Both the position numbers and the translations under genes were made by a program. The notes beneath the pieces were generated by a model. That model was not told the DNA's origin. It saw only the letters and a list, made by a program, of their open reading frames with translations, and ran no database searches. From the IMG/VR virus record IMGVR_UViG_3300025868_000003, positions 7,340 to 71,339 of that record: 64,000 nt of DNA. One strand, given 5' to 3'. Below are positions 45,895-55,568 of the stretch, in pieces. How positions within the stretch are numbered: position 1 is the stretch's first letter; each line of letters starts with the position of its first letter. This DNA is from a virus (taxonomy: Duplodnaviria > Caudoviricetes).

Positions 45895-46461
45895 ATGCGT
45901 AAGATATTACTAAGTTGTATCGTCTTTTTAATTGCCAGCTGTTCCCCCGTGTATGCTGATAACAGGTCTCAGTCCTCCGTAGGGGACGTCATAGCAACAC
46001 AGGTAGAGTCTACCAGAGTAAATAGAGTGGGGGTTATGACGGAATTCCTCTATCGCAGCATGAATAAAAGGCAGTCTAGAGAATTTATAAGGGGGGTGGT
46101 TATGAATTCCATCAAACTAGCCGGTAGGCATAATATCCTAGACCATGAAATGATTCTGGCTATTATATCAGTGGAATCCCACTTTAAGCCTAATGCTGAA
46201 AACAACGGGTCTTTCGGATTAATGCAGGTAGAAGGGAAATCTCACCCTGAGAAAATACGAGGCAGGGATATATTTAATGTGTATATCAATATGGAAGTTG
46301 GCTCCGCAATATACCTAGAATACTATAAAAAGTATCCTGACAAAAGGTCAGCACTGTTGTCCTATAATGCAGGCCCTGCTAACTTTAGGAAAGGTAACTT
46401 CAATGAAGAATACTATACTAAAGTTATAACAGTATACAACTCCTTAATGGCTCTCCGTTAG
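45895..46461 (+). CDS. Exported lytic transglycosylase (SLT domain)
   Basis: Signal peptide from MRKILL (45895); ISVES, GLMQV, SYNAG. Confidence 0.9.
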   Translation: MRKILLSCIVFLIASCSPVYADNRSQSSVGDVIATQVESTRVNRVGVMTEFLYRSMNKRQSREFIRGVVMNSIKLAGRHNILDHEMILAIISVESHFKPNAENNGSFGLMQVEGKSHPEKIRGRDIFNVYINMEVGSAIYLEYYKKYPDKRSALLSYNAGPANFRKGNFNEEYYTKVITVYNSLMALR

Positions 46462-46465
46462 ATCA

Positions 46466-46490
46466 ATTAACAGCCCTCATATTGGTATAA
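46466..46490 (+). promoter_or_regulatory. ATTAA-N12-TGGTATAA promoter
   Basis: Exact consensus match upstream of 46534. Confidence 0.65.
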
Positions 46491-46533
46491 GTATATTGTA
46501 ACTAGGTACTTATACTCACATAGGAGAATAGTC

Positions 46534-46749
46534 ATGGAAACGTTAAAAGCAATAGGGGTGGCGTTACTTGGGGCAGCGGTATTTCTGGGAGTTATATTAG
46601 TCCAACCTGAGGTGCCCGATACTCCAGTATGTATGGGTGATCAACCTAAGAATGTCCAGCATGGTTCAAATGTAGTATGGACTGACTGTGATCATCCTCC
46701 TACTAAAGCTGCAGAACGGTGGGACCCTATATCTAGGGTCACGAGATAA
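46534..46749 (+). CDS. Small membrane-anchored protein
   Basis: N-terminal TM helix; AGGAG ribosome-binding site. Confidence 0.65.
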   Translation: METLKAIGVALLGAAVFLGVILVQPEVPDTPVCMGDQPKNVQHGSNVVWTDCDHPPTKAAERWDPISRVTR

Positions 46750-46758
46750 GGGGTAATC

Positions 46759-46869
46759 ATGTCCATACTCATAGGGTCTATAGTAATACTGGTATCCTTG
46801 CTGGTAGTTCCTATAGTGGTATTAGGGGTGGTAATATCCATATTTGATGGGGTTACTAAGTCCGAGTAG
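46759..46869 (+). CDS. 36-aa hydrophobic peptide
   Basis: MSILIGSIVILVSLLVVPIVVLGVVISIFDGVTKSE; AAGGGG upstream. Confidence 0.5.
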   Translation: MSILIGSIVILVSLLVVPIVVLGVVISIFDGVTKSE

Positions 46870-46919
46870 GATAGACGAAAGGGGTTTACTTACCCTTTTG
46901 TTTAGGCTAATATATCTGC

Positions 46920-47279
46920 ATGGATACTCTACCACTACAAGCTGTCGTACCTACAACCCCTGTCCTTAATAGTGTATCACCCCCTGGGAGGATAGATGTA
47001 CTAGGGAAGAAGTTTAAAATAAAAGTCATGCCCACAGAATTAGAACCGGATGCGGATGGGCTGATGGAACTGGATAAGCAAAACATTTGGTATAGAGATA
47101 AGGAAGCTCTATCCTATAATCAAGATACCGTGTTACATGAGTTAGTCCACGCCGTTGATGAAACTCTACGCTTAGGTATGAAAGAGCAACAGGTACATCA
47201 ATTAGCCTCAGCGCTATTAGCCGTAATTAAACATAATCCAGCTCTAGTGAACTGGCTTTTAGTAGAAGACCCTCACTAA
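46920..47279 (+). CDS. HEXXH zincin-like protein
   Basis: DTVLHELVHAV. Confidence 0.65.
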   Translation: MDTLPLQAVVPTTPVLNSVSPPGRIDVLGKKFKIKVMPTELEPDADGLMELDKQNIWYRDKEALSYNQDTVLHELVHAVDETLRLGMKEQQVHQLASALLAVIKHNPALVNWLLVEDPH

Positions 47280-47329
47280 CCAAAAGTTTTACATAATCCC
47301 CGGCCTTTATTAATAATCCATAAATTAAT

Positions 47330-48142
47330 GTGGAGGTATCAGTGTCAATCAAAGAACTAGAACGATTACATCCTGGATATACAGCACTCAGGTATAAATG
47401 TATGTATGGGGGGGGTGGAGTTTCTGGTAGGCCTACCTGGATGAGAACCATGGATAGGGAGATATTACACAGAGCCCGGAGTGATACGGGCGGGAGTGTT
47501 CACGGTAGAAGGCCATCGATTTTATCTCCCATAGCGGATCTGTTGCAATGTATAAAACTCAGGATACCTTTTATGTCTAAGACATTAAGGCTAGACGTAA
47601 ACAGCGATGGCATATATGGACACCTATTTATACGTGGTACTTACTTATTATCTATTGATCTAATATGGGGGGTGGTCACCAGATTCACTATCCCGGATAC
47701 AGATAGGGAGACTGTTAAGTATGGGGTGTACTTACTTAGGCATCTAGGAGTATACACAGTATTAGACTTGAGTAATGCTAGAAGAAAGAATAGGGAAGAA
47801 GTATCCGTGTTATATCATTTCATAAATGATGATCTTCAAATTGAACACATGAAACTATCCAAAGGATCTCATTGTGGTACCCCAAGCAAGATACGATTTA
47901 GGGATAGTCCTGTTGCAATCGGCGGTATGTACTTCATGGAAATGATTAGGGATACTATTAAAACTCGCATAGAGATATACACTTCTCAACCTCGGGATGA
48001 AAACTTGAATCTGCATCCGCTCTATCACGTCCTGGGGGTAACAACTACTCTATATGAACAGTACGCTAAGCATCTATCTGATAATGGCCCATATAAGAAT
48101 ATATTGGGGTGTGAACATCCTTTAGTCAACACCGGGGGGTAA
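47330..48142 (+). CDS. Hypothetical protein
   Basis: 270-aa ORF. Confidence 0.6.
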   Translation: MEVSVSIKELERLHPGYTALRYKCMYGGGGVSGRPTWMRTMDREILHRARSDTGGSVHGRRPSILSPIADLLQCIKLRIPFMSKTLRLDVNSDGIYGHLFIRGTYLLSIDLIWGVVTRFTIPDTDRETVKYGVYLLRHLGVYTVLDLSNARRKNREEVSVLYHFINDDLQIEHMKLSKGSHCGTPSKIRFRDSPVAIGGMYFMEMIRDTIKTRIEIYTSQPRDENLNLHPLYHVLGVTTTLYEQYAKHLSDNGPYKNILGCEHPLVNTGG

Positions 48143-48251
48143 CACAGTTGTACACGTAGAACCTGCTCCATCAGCTATAACTAATCTGATAAATCCAATC
48201 AATCAGATGCCCTGAATGCCCCTGTAAATTAATGTATAAGGAGAATACTAA

Positions 48252-48842
48252 ATGGTATCTAATGAATCTACCTATGACATAGTGCTATCGTCCCAACTTG
48301 TTACAGAGTTTAATGAAGAAAAGTTTACCTATAACGAAGAAGTATTATCAAATTGCATTAACTCCATGATATTGGCCAGTAGTGATATACTAGCTGATAT
48401 TCATGCGTATACTTATCATGAAGTGACTGGCGAGTCTGGCGAGTGTTCCCCTGTTGAAGATATTACTTTTGAAAGCTGTAAGGAGAGCCTAGAGGATATA
48501 GTACTACATTTATTCAGCATCCTAAATAAGATTAAGGTAGATGCTCCTACCTATGCTGAAATAATGGATATTCGTAATAGTATACCGATGACGGCTAGGG
48601 CAGATAGGGCGCTATCAGTAATATCATTACTGCAGAGCATTACGGACCTGTCTACGTGTATATGGAAGGACTTAGATTCAGGTAATAGCAATTTAATGCA
48701 AGTTGCTTTGAAGAAGGGAGGGGGGGTAGATGAGGAGCTATCGGATATAGAAGATGAAATCCTTTCTATATCAGGAGCTATTCTAGCCTTAGTGGATACT
48801 ATATGCCAACATGTTGGTAAGTCTCTCAGGGACGTGCTTTAA
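48252..48842 (+). CDS. Hypothetical acidic helical protein
   Basis: AAGGAG ribosome-binding site; 196 aa. Confidence 0.65.
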   Translation: MVSNESTYDIVLSSQLVTEFNEEKFTYNEEVLSNCINSMILASSDILADIHAYTYHEVTGESGECSPVEDITFESCKESLEDIVLHLFSILNKIKVDAPTYAEIMDIRNSIPMTARADRALSVISLLQSITDLSTCIWKDLDSGNSNLMQVALKKGGGVDEELSDIEDEILSISGAILALVDTICQHVGKSLRDVL

Positions 48843-48857
48843 ATATAATCTAATTGG

Positions 48858-50498
48858 TTGAAACAGACCGGAGGAACAATGATATATAACGGAAGGGACC
48901 TAATGGACTATTTCCCATTAGAGTCCCCTCGTTCAGGACAAGTAGCAGTCCTGAATGAAATAGATAGGGTATTTTCAGAAGGCAAGAAGTTTATTATACT
49001 GGAAGGGCCCGTAGGGTGTGGTAAGTCAGCAATAGCTATGACTTTGGCAAAGGCCTTTGGCAATGCTCATTTAATAACACCTAGGAAGAGCCTACAGAAT
49101 CAGTATTTTGATGATTTTACAGATGATGTAGTATTGATGAAAGGTAGGGGATCATACCCCTGTACTAAGTACTCCAGCCCCTCCAGGTATAAAGCTGTTA
49201 TAAGGCATGTTGAGAGTGGTAGTATACCCTCGCCTGGAGTAGATGAAACTAACTGTAGTAATGCCCCGTGTAGAACTAATAGTAACATAGTAGCTAGATG
49301 CGCAGCAGACGTAGGAGTATGCCCCTACATACGGGCTATGGAGATTGCCCAGGATAACAACATAGTCGTACATAACTTGCATTCATTTATATACCAGACT
49401 AACTTCTCGGCTAAGTTTGAAAAGCGGCCCCTAATGGTAATAGATGAAGCTCATGAAATAGAAGGGATAATGCGTGATTTCGTAACTAAAAAGATCACGA
49501 CCGCCCGCAGAATACGAGAGGCCGATCTTCCTGTAGGTTTAAACACTTTAGATGGGTGGTGTGATTTCCTTTTAGACACTAAATGTGTACCTACGGTATC
49601 CAACTCTCAGGCTAGAGCTAAAGAGGTTAACCCTGAATATAGGACTAACTTAGATGTATACATAGATCAAGTACAGTCTCTCAGAGCCTATTCAGAGTTC
49701 TTAGAGGATAAGTTCACGGTTAAACATAACGTATTAGGTGGGTCAACTACACCCACATTTGAGTTTATCCCCCACAAGTTAGGTAACTCGGTATATAATA
49801 ATCTCTTCTCTTTTGGAGATAGGATAGTACTTATGTCTGGTACTATATACGACAAGGTTCTGTTTTGTAGGAACCTAGGTATAAACCCAAATGATGCATA
49901 CTTAATACGTATCCCATCAACATTCCCTATAGGTAATAGGCCGATATACCTCAAGGAGAAATACCAGGCTGATACTTCATACGTAGGGTGGAATGAAAAC
50001 TTCAGAGACATAATTGAAAAAGTAGAAAGTATCATGGGTATATTCTCAGATGTTAAGGGTCTTATACATGCCCCATCGTACGAAGCCGCTGAACAACTAC
50101 TTAATGCTCTACCTGAAGACAGGGTCATGAGTCATGATAAAACCAACTTTCAAGAGAGACTGTCAGAGTTCTATGGCTCAGAAGGCAACATGGTATTCAT
50201 ATCTCCTGTGTGTCAGCAAGGTGTGGACTTCCGGGAAGACAGGGCTAGATTCCAGATAGTCCTCAGGGTTCCCTATGCTAACACTAGTGATGAGTTTATT
50301 AGATCTAAGGTAGAGAATGACTTCAATTGGTACAACTATCAGGCCTTGATAGTATTTGGCCAGCAGATAGGTCGTATAAACAGATCTGAAAACGACTTCG
50401 GAGCCACGTTCTTAATGGATACAAGGTTTAACAGGTTTATATCTAGAAACTCAGGTAGGTTACCTAAGTGGTTACAAAATGCGATTATTTGGAGGTAG
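48858..50498 (+). CDS. DinG/XPD-family helicase
   Basis: EGPVGCGKS, Cys cluster (FeS-like), IDEAH, MSGT, QGVDF, QQIGRINR. Confidence 0.88.
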   Translation: MKQTGGTMIYNGRDLMDYFPLESPRSGQVAVLNEIDRVFSEGKKFIILEGPVGCGKSAIAMTLAKAFGNAHLITPRKSLQNQYFDDFTDDVVLMKGRGSYPCTKYSSPSRYKAVIRHVESGSIPSPGVDETNCSNAPCRTNSNIVARCAADVGVCPYIRAMEIAQDNNIVVHNLHSFIYQTNFSAKFEKRPLMVIDEAHEIEGIMRDFVTKKITTARRIREADLPVGLNTLDGWCDFLLDTKCVPTVSNSQARAKEVNPEYRTNLDVYIDQVQSLRAYSEFLEDKFTVKHNVLGGSTTPTFEFIPHKLGNSVYNNLFSFGDRIVLMSGTIYDKVLFCRNLGINPNDAYLIRIPSTFPIGNRPIYLKEKYQADTSYVGWNENFRDIIEKVESIMGIFSDVKGLIHAPSYEAAEQLLNALPEDRVMSHDKTNFQERLSEFYGSEGNMVFISPVCQQGVDFREDRARFQIVLRVPYANTSDEFIRSKVENDFNWYNYQALIVFGQQIGRINRSENDFGATFLMDTRFNRFISRNSGRLPKWLQNAIIWR

Positions 50499-50501
50499 TA
50501 T

Positions 50502-50780
50502 ATGGGAGTATTCTTTGAGAATCATAAGGTTAAAGAGGATCCTCCTAAAGAGGATGGCACCAATAATGTCGGTAATTTCCGTATGGGTATAGACCCTAGG
50601 GATGGGTCACTAGTGATAGATGGAGTATGCATAGACGGCACTTGTTTAATAAAAGAGGTGCTAGACGATAAATCACTGTCTGTAAGTCAACTATACATGA
50701 TTCATCCCCTGGGGTTAATCGACTATAATGACTATATAGATAAGGTAACTAAGACTGCTAAGGGGGCTGAGAATGAGTGA
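50502..50780 (+). CDS. Hypothetical protein
   Basis: 92-aa ORF in the operon. Confidence 0.6.
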   Translation: MGVFFENHKVKEDPPKEDGTNNVGNFRMGIDPRDGSLVIDGVCIDGTCLIKEVLDDKSLSVSQLYMIHPLGLIDYNDYIDKVTKTAKGAENE

Positions 50781-51150
50781 CATATATGGGAAGTCCTACA
50801 CCTTAACTAAGGATATCCTAGAGGACAGGTATGGTAGACCTACCAGGGTAGCCATAGATCTATGCAGAGAATTAGAATCGGAGAACTCTTTACTTAAAAG
50901 TATACACGGCGCTACCTCAGGCCTTAATGAGGTTAAGGAGCTTCGTAAGACTACCAGATATCTACCCCTACTTCTGATGGCTAACGCCGTAATATTCTTA
51001 GCTATGGGTGCCTGGATGGGTCTGACTCTAGGATACTTGGAGGTTATTAATAGTTGTAGTAAAAATGGTAGAGTAATACTAACGTACTCTGTATTCAATA
51101 AACCAGTAGATATACTCTGCAATACAGAAGTGCCCCATGTTAACAAATGA
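50773..51150 (+). CDS. Hypothetical membrane protein
   Basis: TM LPLLLMANAVIFLAMGAWMGLTLGYL. Confidence 0.6.
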   Translation: MSDIYGKSYTLTKDILEDRYGRPTRVAIDLCRELESENSLLKSIHGATSGLNEVKELRKTTRYLPLLLMANAVIFLAMGAWMGLTLGYLEVINSCSKNGRVILTYSVFNKPVDILCNTEVPHVNK

Positions 51151-51679
51151 AAAAGCCATGAAGTTCATGGAAGTGGCTAAGTCTATCGCTGAACAATTCA
51201 GTAAGGACACTTCCACTAAGGTAGGGGCACTAGTCACTTCTTTGGATGGGTCCCCACTGAGTTGGGGATACAACGGTATGCCTCGTGAGGTAAATGATGA
51301 CGTTGCAGAACGGATGATCAGACCCGAGAAGTACCTATGGATGGAACATGCTGAAAGAAATGCCATATTCAATGCCTGCCGTTCAGGGACTAGTCTTATG
51401 GGATCACGTATATTCGTGACGGGGCTAGTTCCGTGTATTGAATGTGCGAGAGGCATTATTCAGTCAGGAATAAGGGAAATATACCTTGAGAAGAGGGCAT
51501 TTGATAATAGGGAGCAGGCCCACATTTGGGCTGAAGGATTCCCTACGACTATGGAGATGCTAGCTGAAGCCGACGTAAAAGTAGCTGTATGTGGCCCCCT
51601 ACAAATGTATATGAACCCGATATTTTCCATGGTCTCTCTCAGCCACCCAGACCATCTATTCTTCTTACGTGATACGTAG
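51137..51679 (+). CDS. dCMP deaminase
   Basis: SKD.STKVGA, GYNG, HAERNAI, PCIEC. Confidence 0.92.
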   Translation: MLTNEKAMKFMEVAKSIAEQFSKDTSTKVGALVTSLDGSPLSWGYNGMPREVNDDVAERMIRPEKYLWMEHAERNAIFNACRSGTSLMGSRIFVTGLVPCIECARGIIQSGIREIYLEKRAFDNREQAHIWAEGFPTTMEMLAEADVKVAVCGPLQMYMNPIFSMVSLSHPDHLFFLRDT

Positions 51680-51752
51680 TTCAATTCTGACAAGGGACTG
51701 TGGTATAAGGGTAATGTAGTAGAAGTATTATTATCTTAACGGGGGAAATCCT

Positions 51753-52508
51753 ATGAGCATAACGAGCATAGCAAATAGTGAACCCAAGTATTTAGGCTGT
51801 AAAGTAAGTAACACCACAGATAAGAAGATTCACCATGATGAGTACTATTTCCTTTCAGTTAAAGATGGGAGGGGAAGGTTTTTAAAGTATATAGCGTATC
51901 CGTTATGGTGTAGGGCTTCTGATGTATCAGATCTTTTAGATGTTTCTAAACCTGTCTCAGATAATATATTAGAGGAGGTACATTCATTCATCTTAGGTAA
52001 GCTGCTTATAGAAATAACGCCTAAAAAACGGGGTAGATCTGAGAAGATCGTGAAAACTAATTTGGGAGCAACTAATAATGTCAATAATATACGAAGATCT
52101 GTCGGAAGTATTATCAATGTATCCACCGAGTCACTTGGAAATGGGGGAGGTGGAAGTATTGATGGGGAAGTCAGGATTGAGAACAGACTATCAGAACCGG
52201 GAAGTGGAAGTAGTAACTTACCACAAAGACGTGGTAAGCCCATTGCTAAGAATGCGTCCCGAGCACCACATGACAAAGAGGTCCAACAGCCTACTAGCAG
52301 GGAGAAAACCAAAGATCCAGGCACTGTATGGGTGAAATCAATACCAATCATTACAACCTATGCACCACCAGCTGTAGCAGTAGTAGAGAGGCAAAAGAGA
52401 GTAAGACGTACTAAGTTGCAAATGGAGGAGGCACGAAGGGCCGAAACTATGGCACAAATGCCTCAGGTAGTTAAACCTGTAAAAACAAAAGGGAAACGAA
52501 ATAAGTGA
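51753..52508 (+). CDS. Hypothetical protein with basic disordered C-terminus
   Basis: TGGTATAA at 51701; 251 aa. Confidence 0.6.
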   Translation: MSITSIANSEPKYLGCKVSNTTDKKIHHDEYYFLSVKDGRGRFLKYIAYPLWCRASDVSDLLDVSKPVSDNILEEVHSFILGKLLIEITPKKRGRSEKIVKTNLGATNNVNNIRRSVGSIINVSTESLGNGGGGSIDGEVRIENRLSEPGSGSSNLPQRRGKPIAKNASRAPHDKEVQQPTSREKTKDPGTVWVKSIPIITTYAPPAVAVVERQKRVRRTKLQMEEARRAETMAQMPQVVKPVKTKGKRNK

Positions 52509-52554
52509 AAAAAGCTCCGTCTTGGAATTGGGATTCTTGGAAATACTATAAAGA

Positions 52555-53361
52555 CTAAGAACCGCTACGTAAAGCCGGAGTTAACATTATCTTAAGGGAG
52601 GCTAGACCCTCTTTTCTATACTGGCGAACCTGCTCTTTTGATAGTCGAAGTTCCTCAGCTATACTAGCATTACTCATTTCTTCATCAGAGTTTACAGACA
52701 ATCCGTAGTAGAGTTCTATAACTTCCCGTTGGGGAGATGGAAGCTCTTGTATAATTGCATATAGCCTCTCCTTATCTAATCTTGACTCCACTTCAGTTCC
52801 GATTGGGTCTATTTGAAAGGAGGGGTCCTCACTATTCATATCCTCAAGGTAGAATGTAAGATACTTTGTTTTATGTAGGTCTTCTAAGTGTTTTTCTGGG
52901 GTTTCTGGGAATGCTTCTTTTAGCTCCACCATAAGTGGTTCATGGTCTAACTTGCTTGCAAATTTTTCTATCCTAGCTGCTAGTTGTTGCTTCCATATTG
53001 GTAGGGATACTATCCTCATATGGGACATATGGTTTTTTATTCTCTGATCAATCCAGAATCCAGCGTATGAGAGGAATTTAACATCCGTACTCGGTATATA
53101 TTTATGCAGGCCTACGAGTAAACCCTCATTACCTGCGGCTATAAGTTCTTTAAACAAGTTAGGCTTGTTTTTAGAGAAGTACTTAGCCCTTTTAAATACG
53201 AATCTTAAGTTGGCCTTAATTATCTTCTCTCTAATTTTTTCCTTTTGGGATTCTGGTACACCATCATCCTGTAACTCTAGAAATAGATCATACTCTTCTT
53301 CCCGTTTAAGCATCGAGGCTTTACATATTTGTTCATAGTAGGATGATAGGTGATTTGTCAT
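52555..53361 (-). CDS. Sigma70-family sigma factor
   Basis: Region 1.2 LKREEEYDL; region 2 ANLRFVF..GNEGL..KFLSYAGFWI; region 4 QREVIELYYGL..IAEELRLSKEQVRQ. Confidence 0.9.
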   Translation of the reverse strand: MTNHLSSYYEQICKASMLKREEEYDLFLELQDDGVPESQKEKIREKIIKANLRFVFKRAKYFSKNKPNLFKELIAAGNEGLLVGLHKYIPSTDVKFLSYAGFWIDQRIKNHMSHMRIVSLPIWKQQLAARIEKFASKLDHEPLMVELKEAFPETPEKHLEDLHKTKYLTFYLEDMNSEDPSFQIDPIGTEVESRLDKERLYAIIQELPSPQREVIELYYGLSVNSDEEMSNASIAEELRLSKEQVRQYRKEGLASLKIMLTPALRSGS

Positions 53362-53490
53362 GAATCCGATTCTACCATATGATTTTTTAAATTACAACTG
53401 AAATAACAGGAGGTTATATGAGATTCTTGACCTATCTAACAAGAGGGAGTAAACTCTCATCTTAGTCGTTAAATAAGGGTTTTTATAGCT

Positions 53491-54090
53491 ATGAGAAAAA
53501 CAATAGTAACACTAACCGGACCTAGTGGGAGCGGTAAATCTACATTAGCTAATAAGTTAATGGATGAACATGGGTTCAGGAATATAACCAGTCATACTAC
53601 TCGTAAGCCTCGTGCAGGGGAAGAGCCCGGTAAGGATTACCACTTCATATCTGAACAAGAGTTTAAGCAGATGCTAAAGGAATGGAAGTTCGTTGAGCAT
53701 GTTACTTTTAATAATTGCTATTACGGGCTCTCTACAGAAGAGGTTGATGCCATTCATAGTAGTAAAGCCACACCCGTAATTGTAGTTGAGCCTAATGGAC
53801 TTAAGCAGATAAGCCAATACTGTAATGATAATGAGATACGTCTCATATCCATTTACATTGGTGGAAGCCTAGAGACGTTAGCCGGTAGGATGTTGAGAAG
53901 AGATATGGTTGGTGTGCCTATAACCCATAACCTGATAGATTACATGGCTAAACGCATATCTTCATTAGGTTCTGAGATAGAGTATTGGCCTTCAGCATTC
54001 GCATACATGTACTCGTATGATAAATATGACCATGAGACAGAGGATATGATCCTCTCCAAAATATTAGAAGAGGTGTATGATACGGTATGA
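53491..54090 (+). CDS. gmk: Guanylate kinase-like protein
   Basis: GPSGSGKS, TSHTTRKPRAGE..GKDYHF, YYG. Confidence 0.88.
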   Translation: MRKTIVTLTGPSGSGKSTLANKLMDEHGFRNITSHTTRKPRAGEEPGKDYHFISEQEFKQMLKEWKFVEHVTFNNCYYGLSTEEVDAIHSSKATPVIVVEPNGLKQISQYCNDNEIRLISIYIGGSLETLAGRMLRRDMVGVPITHNLIDYMAKRISSLGSEIEYWPSAFAYMYSYDKYDHETEDMILSKILEEVYDTV

Positions 54091-54620
54091 GCATAGAAAT
54101 AGAGCGTAAATTTATATTACCTAGTAACTTCATGGAAGACAAGCCCTACATGCGTTCTAGAGAAATATCTCAAGGGTATTTAAATGAGGGGCCTAGGTCT
54201 GTAATAAGGGTAAGGCTATGTAGGACTTCCGGGGGTAGTCGCACTACCTCAGGGGGATACTTAACTATAAAGACTAATAGGGGGGAAGGATTACCTGGGT
54301 TAAACGAGTATGAGTATTTAATACCTTACTTTCACGCTGTAGAGCTGTTTAACTCGTGTAGTTCTACTATTTCCAAGGTTAGGTATGATATAATCCTAGG
54401 TCAGGAAGGCCATATCCTGGAAGTAGATGTATTTAAGGGTAGGCATGAAGGACTGGTGGTCGGGGAAGTGGAATTTAAATCTGAAGAGGATTTCACTAAT
54501 TTCAAGACACCAGTCTTTGCGATTAAGGAGGTAACAGATGATAAGAGATTTTCTAATTTCTATTTGTCTAATACTCTTCAGGAGAATGTAGATAATATAA
54601 TTAGAGAAGCATACAGTTAA
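54087..54620 (+). CDS. CYTH-domain (triphosphate tunnel) protein
   Basis: EIERKF, QGYL, RVR, EYEY, KVR, EVDVF..GLVVGEVE. Confidence 0.88.
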   Translation: MSIEIERKFILPSNFMEDKPYMRSREISQGYLNEGPRSVIRVRLCRTSGGSRTTSGGYLTIKTNRGEGLPGLNEYEYLIPYFHAVELFNSCSSTISKVRYDIILGQEGHILEVDVFKGRHEGLVVGEVEFKSEEDFTNFKTPVFAIKEVTDDKRFSNFYLSNTLQENVDNIIREAYS

Positions 54621-54638
54621 CTAATGAGGTAATACAAG

Positions 54639-54887
54639 ATGCACTATAGAAATTTTAGAGAAGCAAAGAATGGCGACGAAATAGTTCAGATTAACGACAT
54701 AGGGCAGATAACTAATACTGGGGTATTAATTAGAGCGGTGCCCGGTAACGACTACTGTAATGGCATGATAGCCAACGATAGGACACAGTCGTTTACTGGA
54801 GCATGTCTATGCGACTGTCTTCATATGGATGACATAGCAGCAATGCTTAAAGAAAAAGGGTTGGACAAACGTCCAGCAGGGAAGTAA
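54639..54887 (+). CDS. Hypothetical phage protein
   Basis: MHYRNFREAKNGD; Cys-rich C-terminus. Confidence 0.65.
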   Translation: MHYRNFREAKNGDEIVQINDIGQITNTGVLIRAVPGNDYCNGMIANDRTQSFTGACLCDCLHMDDIAAMLKEKGLDKRPAGK

Positions 54888-54889
54888 TC

Positions 54890-55090
54890 ATGGTTAAAGT
54901 AGAAATGCAGGAAGACGAAAAGACTGGTAAGCTGGCATTTTCATTCGAGTCTAGTAACGGTAGCAAAGAGGACTTGAATGTTATAGATAACCTACGAGTC
55001 ATGATTATGGGTACTCACCCTAAGCGTGGGGGTTATGTAGATAGCAAGCGTATGGTTATTGAAGTCAATGCTAAGGAGAGTGCAGTATGA
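54890..55090 (+). CDS. Hypothetical protein
   Basis: 66 aa; packed in the operon. Confidence 0.6.
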   Translation: MVKVEMQEDEKTGKLAFSFESSNGSKEDLNVIDNLRVMIMGTHPKRGGYVDSKRMVIEVNAKESAV

Positions 55091-55368
55091 ATGCCCATTA
55101 TAGAGTAACGGATTCAGTAGCACATGAGTTAGACTCCATGATCAGTTCCCTCGGTTCTGACAGTGGGGTAAGCGAAACCGCTAGCGTTAAAGTACTAAAA
55201 GATGCTATAGTGGTGGTATCGGTAATGAGGGTAGAAAGCAACAAGGAAGATACCCTTAAAGACATGGTGGCGGTAATCTTGACCCCCATGCTAGAAACTC
55301 CTGTTAGTAATAACGTCAGGATTTCTAAGGTAGAAATACCAGAGTATCTAGGTTCATTAAATACCTAG
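55087..55368 (+). CDS. Hypothetical protein
   Basis: 93 aa; ATGA overlap with the upstream gene. Confidence 0.6.
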   Translation: MNAHYRVTDSVAHELDSMISSLGSDSGVSETASVKVLKDAIVVVSVMRVESNKEDTLKDMVAVILTPMLETPVSNNVRISKVEIPEYLGSLNT

Positions 55369-55380
55369 TCTTTGGTATAA
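55356..55380 (+). promoter_or_regulatory. ATTAA-N12-TGGTATAA promoter
   Basis: Exact consensus match heading the SSB-nuclease operon. Confidence 0.65.
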
Positions 55381-55398
55381 CAGATTGGGAAGAGTATC

Positions 55399-55551
55399 AT
55401 GATTGAAAAAAACGGTACTATTACCTTGACAGATGGTGATTTGGAAGAGTACAATTCTGGCAATGTATCACAAAGGATTTACGACAATTGGGGTTTGACA
55501 TTTAGTGAACTCCGGGAGATTGTTGAGAGTAAGTCATATATAAAACTATAA
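55399..55551 (+). CDS. 50-aa hypothetical protein
   Basis: MIEKNGTITL...SKSYIKL, translated by eye; directly after the promoter. Confidence 0.5.
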   Translation: MIEKNGTITLTDGDLEEYNSGNVSQRIYDNWGLTFSELREIVESKSYIKL

Positions 55552-55568
55552 CTATAAAGAGAAATAAC

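Noticed and set aside
48252-48842. MazG-like pyrophosphatase
   Set aside because: The helical acidic pattern is suggestive, but I cannot see the EExxE/ExxD metal motif.
54087-54620. Calling the CYTH protein an adenylate cyclase
   Set aside because: The fold is clear, but the family has many activities and specificity cannot be assigned by eye.
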